From sequence record SRR31156797_4650: a DNA stretch of 64,000 bases; one strand, given 5' to 3'. The notes beneath the pieces were generated by a model that was not told where the DNA came from, ran no database searches, and saw only the letters and a list, made by a program, of their open reading frames with translations. Below are positions 10,951 through 20,184 of the stretch, piece by piece; position 1 is the first letter of the stretch, and each line of letters starts with the position of its first letter. The translations under genes were made by a program, and so were the position numbers.

Positions 10951-11850
10951 TCAGCTGGATGAAATTATCTTCGCGACCTCGTAGAACAGCTCCTGCTCTC
11001 GAACGATACCGACATCCTTGCCATGAGCCTGAACCAACATGCGTCGCGCGGGGAGAGTCACCATGGTATCGGCAACTTCCATAAGGTTAGCCTCTGCATC
11101 AATGACGGGGAGAGAATCGGACATGAAAATCCGAACTGGCTTGTCCACAATTTCCTTGACTCTGGAAGTGAAAAGTCCCTGCCAAAACATGGCGGAATAT
11201 TGAAGAGTATCGGCCATCGACGGTTTCGGGGCTGAGAGATATTCGGGCCTGACTGCATCAATAAGATCCAGCGGGCTGAGAAGACCAACAACACTATTAT
11301 TAGGACCGGTCACCACGACCGAACGATGCCCAGTGTCCATAAGTCTATCTGTGGCCATGAATTCGCGCATAGCGGTTTCAAGAGCGGCGATAGCGTCACG
11401 GACAGTGCTGTTAATGTCGATTCGCGTATATCTTTCAAGGGGAATCATGATGTCCCCTGCCATTTTTTCGATATAAGCAACCTTGGTTGCGTACTCGTGA
11501 GCGTCTTGGATCTTGGCACTCAACAAGTCCACGTCACAGGGTTTTGCAAGGTAATCGAACGCACCGGTTTCATAGGCTTTCCGTGCTCCCGGAACATCAC
11601 CGTGTCCGGTCAACATGATAACGGGGGTATCCGGCTGCCGCTCCTTGATGATCTTCAGAGTGGCATGTCCGTCCAATCCGCTCATTTTTACGTCCAGAAT
11701 GACCACGTCGGGACTCTGGGTCATTTTTTCCAAAGCCTCTTCACCACTTTCTGCAAGTATTGTTTCAAACCCTTTGCGGGCCAATATCTTAGCCGTCGTG
11801 GTACGGAAGCGTTCCTCATCATCAACCATGAGGACCTTGATCTTAACCAT
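10951..11850 (-). CDS. Response regulator with receiver and CBS-pair output
   Basis: Receiver motifs (VDDE, LDVKM, LTGH, LAKP), then AGDIMIP...VGLLSPLDL...VGIVREQEL CBS-like repeats. Confidence 0.85.
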   Translation of the reverse strand: MVKIKVLMVDDEERFRTTTAKILARKGFETILAESGEEALEKMTQSPDVVILDVKMSGLDGHATLKIIKERQPDTPVIMLTGHGDVPGARKAYETGAFDYLAKPCDVDLLSAKIQDAHEYATKVAYIEKMAGDIMIPLERYTRIDINSTVRDAIAALETAMREFMATDRLMDTGHRSVVVTGPNNSVVGLLSPLDLIDAVRPEYLSAPKPSMADTLQYSAMFWQGLFTSRVKEIVDKPVRIFMSDSLPVIDAEANLMEVADTMVTLPARRMLVQAHGKDVGIVREQELFYEVAKIISSS

Positions 11851-11869
11851 TTCAACCTCCTAGTGTTAT

Positions 11870-12307
11870 CTAACGCAGGCCACCCTGCCCACTGGTCGCT
11901 TCAACCATGCGGGCGGAATGGATTTTCTGTTTCTGAAGCGTTACCTTCTCAAAAGCCTCCTCTGCCTTTCCAAGAAAATCCTTCATACTCACAGGCTTGA
12001 TGAGATAATCCAGCGCACCGAGCTTGAGACATTCCACGGCGGTTTCCATCGTGGCATGTCCAGTCAGAATGATGACTTCCATGAGTGGGTAGTTCTTCTT
12101 AATGCGCTGTAGTGTTTCCATGCCGTCCATGCCGGGCATCTTGATGTCGAGAAAGACGACATCAACAGCTTGATCTTCCAAGAGAGTCAGAGCATCCTTG
12201 CCGGACGAGGCTGTCAGGGCATAGATGCCCATTTTCTCGAAAAGTTTTTTTGTCGTGCTCAACAGACGTTCTTCATCGTCTACAAGCAAAATTTTTAATT
12301 GTTCCAT
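11870..12307 (-). CDS. Stand-alone response regulator receiver protein
   Basis: [29 protein letters not shown]; the longer ORF-track start runs into the sigma54 promoter. Confidence 0.88.
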   Translation of the reverse strand: MEQLKILLVDDEERLLSTTKKLFEKMGIYALTASSGKDALTLLEDQAVDVVFLDIKMPGMDGMETLQRIKKNYPLMEVIILTGHATMETAVECLKLGALDYLIKPVSMKDFLGKAEEAFEKVTLQKQKIHSARMVEATSGQGGLR

Positions 12308-12361
12308 GGTGTCACCATCTATTTGACCTGCTTGATAATTCGTGAACAATGGTCTCTCTTT

Positions 12362-12377
12362 AGCAACCGGTGTGCCA
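12362..12377 (-). promoter_or_regulatory. Sigma54 -24/-12 promoter of the leftward signalling/transport operon
   Basis: Minus strand TGGCACACCGGTTGCT matches TGGCAC-N5-TTGCW exactly, 55 nt before the ATG. Confidence 0.85.
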
Positions 12378-12580
12378 TTTACAATCATTTGATTTTAATG
12401 ACTATTTAATGGCAATATCTATTGCAAAATCCAATTGCCAGATTCGGATTCACGCAATAAAGAGAAATAAAAAAATTAATAATGGAATAAAAACTGAGAC
12501 AAAGAATTGTTGTTCATCAAAAACTGCAGACAAAAAACACTGAACAAAAGCAGACTTCATAATATGGCAAGGCATGGTTG

Positions 12581-15500
12581 ATGCACGGCACAGAACACAT
12601 ATTACCTACAGAAATTACGGAGAATGCCTTGCTTACAGATCTTTTTCATTACGACAAGAATGACTACAAGCTCCTCGAGATTCTTGATGATCTTTTGACA
12701 AGAGAAGTCGATAGGTCCAATTTCAAGACGCTTTTGGAACCATATCTCAAGCCGCATGGGATCAAGGAACTCGCAGCAGAACGAGGACTCAGGATTGCCT
12801 ATGCGATCATGCACCTCCTCCAATCCTTAAAATCGGATCAGGCATCAGACAGAACCAAAGCCCTTATCGCACTTCGCGACGAGACAATGTCTGCAGCTGG
12901 CGGCGGCATGCGTAACAATAGAGCCAGAGTGCTCCTTCAAATAGGCAAGGAACTGATTCGAGCCAGAGGGGATAAGGATAAACAACTCACACTAGCGCAT
13001 GAATTCAGAAAGGCAGCAATTGGCAAGACCCGTTTCATTCGCCAACAATTAAAAAAATACCACCTGCTCGAAATGCCGGAGGAGTGGAATCAGGTCACTT
13101 TCGACGACAGGGTGCATGATGCCAACAGCAAAGGCAGAAAATCAGCAACCCATCTCATTATGGATGCGTGGATCAAAGGTATCCGCCGCTTGACGGTTGT
13201 TTATTACGATTTCATGGAACCGTCCGTTGCCAGAGAGCTCTTCGCTTCGGCCCAAATCCTCGGCATTACGGTTTCCGTGGGTATTGAATACAAAGCTCGA
13301 TTCGGTGACCGATTTGTCAAAATAGTCTGGGGTCCTGAAGGGTTACGGAACAATGCTGACATTGAAGGCTTTTTCAAACGAGAATCTGTTCAGGAATTGA
13401 TGCAGCAGGGACGCGAAGTTCAGGCATACAGGACATGGTATGTTCAATCTGCCACCGAAGCATTCAACGACGTTCACAGGAAATCGATCCGCCAAGAATT
13501 TGGTATTGACCTTCCTCGCATCGATTACAAGGATGTCGCCAAAACCATCGGCACAGGCCAGCCGTCCATTTTTCACCTCGGTAACCACATCCATGAGATA
13601 GCGCTGCCCTTATTCGCTGACCGTGTCATTGAATTGAAGGCGGAATATGCAAATGCGGATTATGACACACGAGCTTCCATTGCCATGCATCTGGAATCAC
13701 TCGATTCTCTCGACGCAGATACTATTATTGCGCGGTACCTCGTACCAGAGGAAAATCCAGAAATATCTGATCCCGACACTCCTTCTGCTGACGGTTCCGG
13801 CCCGAAGTTGTTGCAGCTCTCTCCTGCAGAACTGACAACCCGACTCCGCCGCGTCAGTTACACGAGCCAATTAACGCTGATTCTTTCGGAACTCGATCTG
13901 TCCGATGCAATTGAATTACTGTACGATTGCAAAGGCCGAATTTCTCACTTTGAAGTCTTTAATATCAAAAGCCTGACCGAATTCATTGTCCGTCAACGCA
14001 AACCCTTTAGTTTGTTGCAGCGGTCCTTGAGTGAACAAAACGCTGTCACGCTCAAACGTACAATTCGTCAATGTATCGAGCAAGTTCAAGAAGAAGACTC
14101 AACCAAAGCCAAAGAAAAGGCCGAACGCCTTTTGGCCATCCTTTCCGATTTCAGTGCACTTCTTGATTACTACAAACGTTCACCGCTCAGAGCCAAAATT
14201 GGCAGTGGGTCCACAGGCCGTTCTACTCGATCCCACGGCATGGGATTCGCTGTAATAGACACACTTCCGCTCAGGTCGCAGCAGGAGATCCGCAACAGGA
14301 CAACATCAAATTGCATTCCTGTATCAGGCATCACAACCCAATCCATAGAATTCATCCCGCCACGCAATAAAATCATCCGCTCCGGGGGCATTGCCAAAGC
14401 CCTTTGCCATATGCCGGGTTTGCGAAGCCTGATGTGCAAAACCAAACATAGTTGGCACATTGCCGGATATCATGTTGACGACGCAGGGTGCGGCAATGTC
14501 GTGTCTCTGGGGGGCATGAATCAGGAAGGAAACGGATTGAGTCTTTATGACGATGAAAAATCCCCACACAGGCCGTCAGCAGGAACACTCAACACCGTAT
14601 TGAAAAATGCGGCAAAAATAGTCATCGGCTTCATCCCTGCATTTCTGACCTTTTCTTTGACCAAGGACTGGTGGGTACTGGCATATCTTGGCGGTGTGAT
14701 CTGGTTTTCCATCACAGGCTTGCGAAACGTTATTCAATCCATCCTCGGTGGAGGAGGATTGCGACGTTCACCCTATCTGACCTGGAACGACTATATCGAT
14801 TGGGAGCGTATCTCTGATTCTTTACTGTATACCGGCTTTTCCGTGCCGCTGTTGGATTGGCTCTGTAAGACCGTAGTCCTTGATCAGACCTTCGGTATCA
14901 CGACCATGACCAGCCCGCTTCTATTGTATACCATCATGGCCATTACCAATGGGATATACATTTCCAGCCATAATATCATCAGAGGATTACCACGCAAGGC
15001 CGCCATCGGGAACTTCTTCAGAAGTGTTCTTTCCATTCCCGTGGCCATGCTCTTCAACTGGGGCATTGGCCTTATTCTCGTCGCCTCCGGGACCCCGGAC
15101 GCTGCTGCGGTTCTTCAACTTTGGGCTGCTGTTATATCCAAACTGGCTTCAGACTGCGCGGCAGGTGTTATTGAGGGGCTTGCTGACCGTGGGCGAAATA
15201 TTGCCATGAGGCATTGGGACTATTCTGAAAAAATTAAACAAATCATCGAGATATTCTCACGGTTGGAAATTGAATTCCCGACACGAGATATGCTCAAGAC
15301 ATTAAATTCTCCAGAAGAATTTATTCAACTGTCCAAGGAGACCACACCGAACCATGTCCCTGAAGTCATCGCCAACGCGCTGGACCTCCTCTATATCCGC
15401 ACCTATAAACCTCGTGCGAGAGAAGCTCTTCGGCAGGCATTGGAAAGCATGAACCACGATGAACTCGAAGTGTTCATGGCGTCCCAACAGGTCCTCTCTC

Positions 15501-15649
15501 AGGAAAAGACTATTGCACGCCTGTTTGTTGATGGACTGGTTGGTCGAAACTTCCCCAAAGCGCTGGCATTCTATCTCCTCAGATATCCGGACTATTTACA
15601 TGAACTCGATTCTCTGGCGACACATTACAGAAGGCAGCCGGACATTTAA
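12581..15649 (+). CDS. Large protein with a degenerate PHP-like domain and C-terminal membrane region
   Basis: 1022-aa ORF; FDDRVHDANSKG...AWIKGIRRLTVVYYD...LGITVSVGIEY resembles the PHP N-terminus; several hydrophobic helices at about aa 680-860. Confidence 0.7.
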   Translation: MHGTEHILPTEITENALLTDLFHYDKNDYKLLEILDDLLTREVDRSNFKTLLEPYLKPHGIKELAAERGLRIAYAIMHLLQSLKSDQASDRTKALIALRDETMSAAGGGMRNNRARVLLQIGKELIRARGDKDKQLTLAHEFRKAAIGKTRFIRQQLKKYHLLEMPEEWNQVTFDDRVHDANSKGRKSATHLIMDAWIKGIRRLTVVYYDFMEPSVARELFASAQILGITVSVGIEYKARFGDRFVKIVWGPEGLRNNADIEGFFKRESVQELMQQGREVQAYRTWYVQSATEAFNDVHRKSIRQEFGIDLPRIDYKDVAKTIGTGQPSIFHLGNHIHEIALPLFADRVIELKAEYANADYDTRASIAMHLESLDSLDADTIIARYLVPEENPEISDPDTPSADGSGPKLLQLSPAELTTRLRRVSYTSQLTLILSELDLSDAIELLYDCKGRISHFEVFNIKSLTEFIVRQRKPFSLLQRSLSEQNAVTLKRTIRQCIEQVQEEDSTKAKEKAERLLAILSDFSALLDYYKRSPLRAKIGSGSTGRSTRSHGMGFAVIDTLPLRSQQEIRNRTTSNCIPVSGITTQSIEFIPPRNKIIRSGGIAKALCHMPGLRSLMCKTKHSWHIAGYHVDDAGCGNVVSLGGMNQEGNGLSLYDDEKSPHRPSAGTLNTVLKNAAKIVIGFIPAFLTFSLTKDWWVLAYLGGVIWFSITGLRNVIQSILGGGGLRRSPYLTWNDYIDWERISDSLLYTGFSVPLLDWLCKTVVLDQTFGITTMTSPLLLYTIMAITNGIYISSHNIIRGLPRKAAIGNFFRSVLSIPVAMLFNWGIGLILVASGTPDAAAVLQLWAAVISKLASDCAAGVIEGLADRGRNIAMRHWDYSEKIKQIIEIFSRLEIEFPTRDMLKTLNSPEEFIQLSKETTPNHVPEVIANALDLLYIRTYKPRAREALRQALESMNHDELEVFMASQQVLSQEKTIARLFVDGLVGRNFPKALAFYLLRYPDYLHELDSLATHYRRQPDI

Positions 15650-15662
15650 AACTTGCGTCCCA

Positions 15663-17342
15663 CTATCGCCCATGGGGTAGGCCAGGCAGTGTAATACTAA
15701 ATGTGGTTCCTTCGCCCCGAATGCTTTCAACGTTCAATTCGCCACCAAGTGAATCGATAATGGTATGGCAAACAGGAAGCCCCATACCAGTACCTTGCCC
15801 GGGAGGCTTTGTGGTATAAAACGGCAGAAAGATCTTATTCAAAACGTCCTGTGACATGCCGGTCCCGTTATCAGCGACTCGAATGACCGCACTTCCTTGG
15901 ATATTCTTCACCGTGACAGAAATTTCACCGCCTTCCGTCCCATGCCTGTCCACAACTGCATAAATGGCGTTGTTCAGCAAATTGATCATGACTTGCTGTA
16001 GTTGTCCGGGGTCGGCAGCAATGGTCGGAGATTTTTCATCCACTTCAAATTGCAGATGAATGCCATGGACCTCGGCCTTGGCCTGCACCATTGCCCCCAC
16101 TTTGGGAATATATGTTGCCAAAATGACAGGTTGCAATTCTGGGGCATCGTGCCTGCCGAAACGGAGAATCTCACGGGTTATTGCTGCGCAACGCGCAATC
16201 TGAATAGAGAACTGATCGACAACCTCCTGTGCTTCTGCACACAAATCTGCATCAGTCCCCTTCTCCACTAAATCGTTCAAGGTAATTTCCAACAAGGCGG
16301 TATCCGTCTTCATGACCTGCAATGGGTTGTTGATTTCATGGGCGAACCCTGCAGCCATTTCTCCCAGTTCTGCCAAACGGGCTGCTTGAAGCAGTTGATT
16401 TTCCAGGATATCGACTTCTTCTGCCTGCCGTTGCAATGCATCCAAAACCCGACGACTGACGACCACAGCCAAAAAAATGATAACGGCCCCGCCGCATACA
16501 AGTATCAACAGAACCGTATACCCCGCCGCCATGGTGGATTGAAATGCTTCTTCCTTCTTTTGACGAACAATCAGACGCCACTTCCCATCATTCATGGAGG
16601 CAGAAGCGAATAAAAAATCCACATTATGATCTTTACCTGTGAATGCCATGACCGATTCACCTTGTGTTGGATAACTAAAGGCATCACGTTCCAATAATTC
16701 ACCGTGAGATCGGCGGTCTGTCTGGAAGATTCCATCCCTGTTCAAAATATATGCTTCACCGGAATCTCCGATACTCACCTGTTCAACAAGTCTACCAAAC
16801 TGATTGGAATCAATGGTGGCCCGTAATACCCATACTTGTCCTTGAATACGACGCGCAATCGCAACGACAAAATGTGGAACATTCCGATATCCGAGAAACA
16901 CATCGCTGACGTAGTATCCTCGTTTGATTGTTTCTCGATACCATGCCGTGTCCGTGTATATTTTACCGACCAACGCATACGGCCCACTGTAAGCTGTTTG
17001 CTCACCACTGGGATCAATAACACCCATATCCTGAAATACATCACTCGAGGCATGCAAGATTCGGCTGATTTCAGTCTGTCCGGCAACACCAGACAAAGCG
17101 TCTACAGGGGTTAGTGCCAGAATCGTTTCAAGATCTGCCCGTCGTTCATCCAGAAACCCCGCAATCATATTTCTATGATCGATTGCAACTTGTTCAATGG
17201 CACTGGTCGCAAAATCCTTTGTGGTATCGACATATGAATAAAATCCGATGATGGCGGCCAAGAACAAAGGAACAGCCGGAACAATTATCATGGAAATAAA
17301 AAGCAGCCTGTGAACTCCGGTAAACATTTCATTCTTATTCAT
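15663..17342 (-). CDS. Sensor histidine kinase with Cache-type domain, paralogue of 3500-5176
   Basis: YVSDVFLGYRNVPHFVVAI...WVLRATIDS shared with the paralogue; [25 protein letters not shown]. Confidence 0.92.
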   Translation of the reverse strand: MNKNEMFTGVHRLLFISMIIVPAVPLFLAAIIGFYSYVDTTKDFATSAIEQVAIDHRNMIAGFLDERRADLETILALTPVDALSGVAGQTEISRILHASSDVFQDMGVIDPSGEQTAYSGPYALVGKIYTDTAWYRETIKRGYYVSDVFLGYRNVPHFVVAIARRIQGQVWVLRATIDSNQFGRLVEQVSIGDSGEAYILNRDGIFQTDRRSHGELLERDAFSYPTQGESVMAFTGKDHNVDFLFASASMNDGKWRLIVRQKKEEAFQSTMAAGYTVLLILVCGGAVIIFLAVVVSRRVLDALQRQAEEVDILENQLLQAARLAELGEMAAGFAHEINNPLQVMKTDTALLEITLNDLVEKGTDADLCAEAQEVVDQFSIQIARCAAITREILRFGRHDAPELQPVILATYIPKVGAMVQAKAEVHGIHLQFEVDEKSPTIAADPGQLQQVMINLLNNAIYAVVDRHGTEGGEISVTVKNIQGSAVIRVADNGTGMSQDVLNKIFLPFYTTKPPGQGTGMGLPVCHTIIDSLGGELNVESIRGEGTTFSITLPGLPHGR

Positions 17343-17459
17343 AATATTCCGCTGCCTGATTTTGCGCAAAACACTGCAAGTTAATTCTCAAATTATTATA
17401 AATATTTAACAAATCACGCAAACAGATATAGCGCGATAAAAAAACCTCACACTTAATTA

Positions 17460-17475
17460 AGCAACCGTTATGCCA
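17460..17475 (-). promoter_or_regulatory. Sigma54 -24/-12 promoter upstream of the kinase gene
   Basis: Minus strand TGGCATAACGGTTGCT. Confidence 0.75.
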
Positions 17476-17573
17476 AAAATGATTGACACGAACGAAAGAG
17501 AAGAATAACCGCAAAATTAGAAACTAAAATTCCGCCTCATAAAATTACTGTTTTTTCATACCGGGAGGATGTC

Positions 17574-20081
17574 ATGACCGAGCCCCATACGACCGATCAA
17601 TCCACTCAATCGCGCCGGACCAGAATTGGGTCCTCCATCGCACACAGGCTGGGATTGCGAGGAAAACTTCTCCTTGCCTTACTCCCTCCCATAGTCGCCA
17701 TTCTTCTTGTGACCGGATATGCTTCGTATACCGTTTCCGAAGATTTCATTGATATTGCCCTTGAACGGTCCGTCAAAATGCACACCTTGGCCATGGCGCA
17801 TGAAGTCGAGGAACTCCTCGAACAGTGTCGAATCGATCTTCTCTTCTTTGCGCAAGGCAAAATGGAACCAGAGGCCCTTCGGTCTATGCTGGAAAAACGC
17901 TTGCGTTCAGGGGGCAACCAATATTTCGAACTCTCTTTTATTCCAGCATCAGGCGGCCAACCTTTTACTCTTATTCAACAGAATGGTGTAATCCAAGAAT
18001 TCTCCGCTGATGATTTCGACACAATTCACCCGAACCCTTTTGAAGAACTGGGCAAAATAGGTTCACTCCAAAAGGGACAGGTTTTACCCTCGGATATAAT
18101 TGAAACTGTTTACCCCATGCCCAATGAAACGGTCTCAAACAGACATATCAAAACACGCATTTTGCGTTTTTACACATACCTTCCCGGCGATGACATCTCG
18201 CCTCGTGGTATTCTCTTCCTCTCCATAAAAGCCACGGACATTCGTAACATCCTCTCCTGGTACAATTCCGAAAAATCTCCGTTGTGGGCGTTCCCTCGCA
18301 GTGATGAGCTTCGTTTCAGCTACTTCCTCAACAATGATGGGTGGATGCTCTTTCAATCCGAAGCATTCAACGAAACTGACAAGGACTTGACCACCTATCT
18401 TGCCCGAGAAAACTTCAGCGGCACACTGGGCAAAGACGGTCACGCTGCAGCATTCCGTCCCAATGAAAACCATGTCCGATACTGGGCAGCAGTGAACGAC
18501 ATCAACAAAGGGAAAAACGGCCTTACACAAGTAGCAGAGGAGCGCATCGGCAATTCAGCCGTAAATTCATTCTATTTCAGTTATGCTCCGGTCCGTTTTT
18601 GGGGCAAAGATGACGACCATCCGACATTCTTCGGCGGTGTGGTTTTTGTTGATAGAAGCCAACTTCCCATTATCGCAGGCTACAAAAATCTGGATGTGAT
18701 GCTCTTTGTCACAGCCGGGGCAATACTCTTGATATCCTGCCTCGTCTTCTGGTTTGGCCGCATCCTCACACGACCAATTCATGCCTTGGCATCGAGACTT
18801 GATTCATTGAATTCACTGGAAGAAATGGAAGAAATCGACCTGCCATATAGCGGAGCAGACATCACACGCCTGCAAAAAGCGATCAATGTCATCATTCGCA
18901 AAGTAAAGCAGCAGGTGGTCGAAATTCAGGTCAAAGATGAGGCCATTCTCAACGTGAATAAACGGGAACGCGCTCCGCTGAAACGGGAACGGGAAACCCT
19001 TGCGGAAGCTGAACTGAGTCGGATACCGGAAATCATCGGCATTGGCCCTGTCATTTCAAATATGAAAGTAAACATCCTGAAAGCCGCGCAGGTGGAAGTC
19101 GACGTACTCATCTCCGGAGAAACAGGCACCGGCAAGCAATTGGTTGCCGAAGCCATTCACTCGCACAGCAATCGCGCGGACAATCCGTTCATCTCCATCA
19201 ACTGCGGCGCGTTGGATGAGAACCTTCTGCTCGATGCCCTGTTCGGCCATATCAAAGGCGCATTTTCGGAGGCCAAGGAAGACCGAAACGGCGCATTCAT
19301 CGAAGCTGATGGCGGCACACTGTTTCTGGACGAAATCCAGTCAGCCTCACCCAAAGTACAACAGTCTTTGCTCAGAGCCATTGCTTCACGCAAAATCAAA
19401 CCGTTGGGAAGCGATAAGGAATTTGCAGTAAATGTGCGCATAGTCGCCGCAACCAATGTGGATATTCCTGGGTTGATTGAACAAAAAACGTTCAGAGAAG
19501 ACCTGTATTACCGACTCAAGGTTGTTTCCATCGCGACCCCGGCTCTCCGTGAACACCGAGAAAACATTCCGATGCTTGCAGTCTATTACCTCAATCAGGC
19601 AGAACAGCTCGCCGGACGTGAAAGCCTCGATTTGAGTAAGGGAGCGCTTTCAAAACTCGTCAATTACCAATGGCCCGGCAATGTTCGCGAACTGGTCAAC
19701 TGCATCACCAGAGCCGCTGTCATGGCGGAGAACGACATCATTCAGGCCGAAGAAATCCGCTTGGAAAATGAAACGAATCAGCCTGTGACAGAGTCAAAAG
19801 ACACTTCCACAATCCCACCAAACGAAGAAATGAATCATCCGGTAAGTCGAACGGAACCAACTCCTACACCGGCAATGACTTCACCGCTAAATGCTCGTCA
19901 AAAAGAAGCATGGCCGCATATACAAAAAAAGAAATCAGTAACGCGCAAGGAGTATCAGGAACTGGTGAGCGGCACACTGCCCACACGGACAGCTATTTAT
20001 GACTTACAGGACTTCGTCAAACGAGGGCTCCTCATCAAACAAGGAAAGGGACCTTCCACGAGGTATGAAGTCGTCAAATAA
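17574..20081 (+). CDS. Membrane-anchored sigma54 enhancer-binding protein (TM / periplasmic sensor / TM / HAMP / AAA+ / winged HTH)
   Basis: Two TM helices, HAMP-like LTRPIHAL, Walker A GETGTGKQ, GAFSEA, LFLDEI, FREDLYYRL, WPGNVREL; C-terminal wHTH-like segment. Confidence 0.88.
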   Translation: MTEPHTTDQSTQSRRTRIGSSIAHRLGLRGKLLLALLPPIVAILLVTGYASYTVSEDFIDIALERSVKMHTLAMAHEVEELLEQCRIDLLFFAQGKMEPEALRSMLEKRLRSGGNQYFELSFIPASGGQPFTLIQQNGVIQEFSADDFDTIHPNPFEELGKIGSLQKGQVLPSDIIETVYPMPNETVSNRHIKTRILRFYTYLPGDDISPRGILFLSIKATDIRNILSWYNSEKSPLWAFPRSDELRFSYFLNNDGWMLFQSEAFNETDKDLTTYLARENFSGTLGKDGHAAAFRPNENHVRYWAAVNDINKGKNGLTQVAEERIGNSAVNSFYFSYAPVRFWGKDDDHPTFFGGVVFVDRSQLPIIAGYKNLDVMLFVTAGAILLISCLVFWFGRILTRPIHALASRLDSLNSLEEMEEIDLPYSGADITRLQKAINVIIRKVKQQVVEIQVKDEAILNVNKRERAPLKRERETLAEAELSRIPEIIGIGPVISNMKVNILKAAQVEVDVLISGETGTGKQLVAEAIHSHSNRADNPFISINCGALDENLLLDALFGHIKGAFSEAKEDRNGAFIEADGGTLFLDEIQSASPKVQQSLLRAIASRKIKPLGSDKEFAVNVRIVAATNVDIPGLIEQKTFREDLYYRLKVVSIATPALREHRENIPMLAVYYLNQAEQLAGRESLDLSKGALSKLVNYQWPGNVRELVNCITRAAVMAENDIIQAEEIRLENETNQPVTESKDTSTIPPNEEMNHPVSRTEPTPTPAMTSPLNARQKEAWPHIQKKKSVTRKEYQELVSGTLPTRTAIYDLQDFVKRGLLIKQGKGPSTRYEVVK

Positions 20082-20184
20082 CGATTCAAGAGTATCAGGG
20101 ATACGCTCTGACAGAGGTGAAACATACGGGAAATGACACGCGTTAATGATGACAAATGACGCCATTCTAAGGTATTCATACCCG

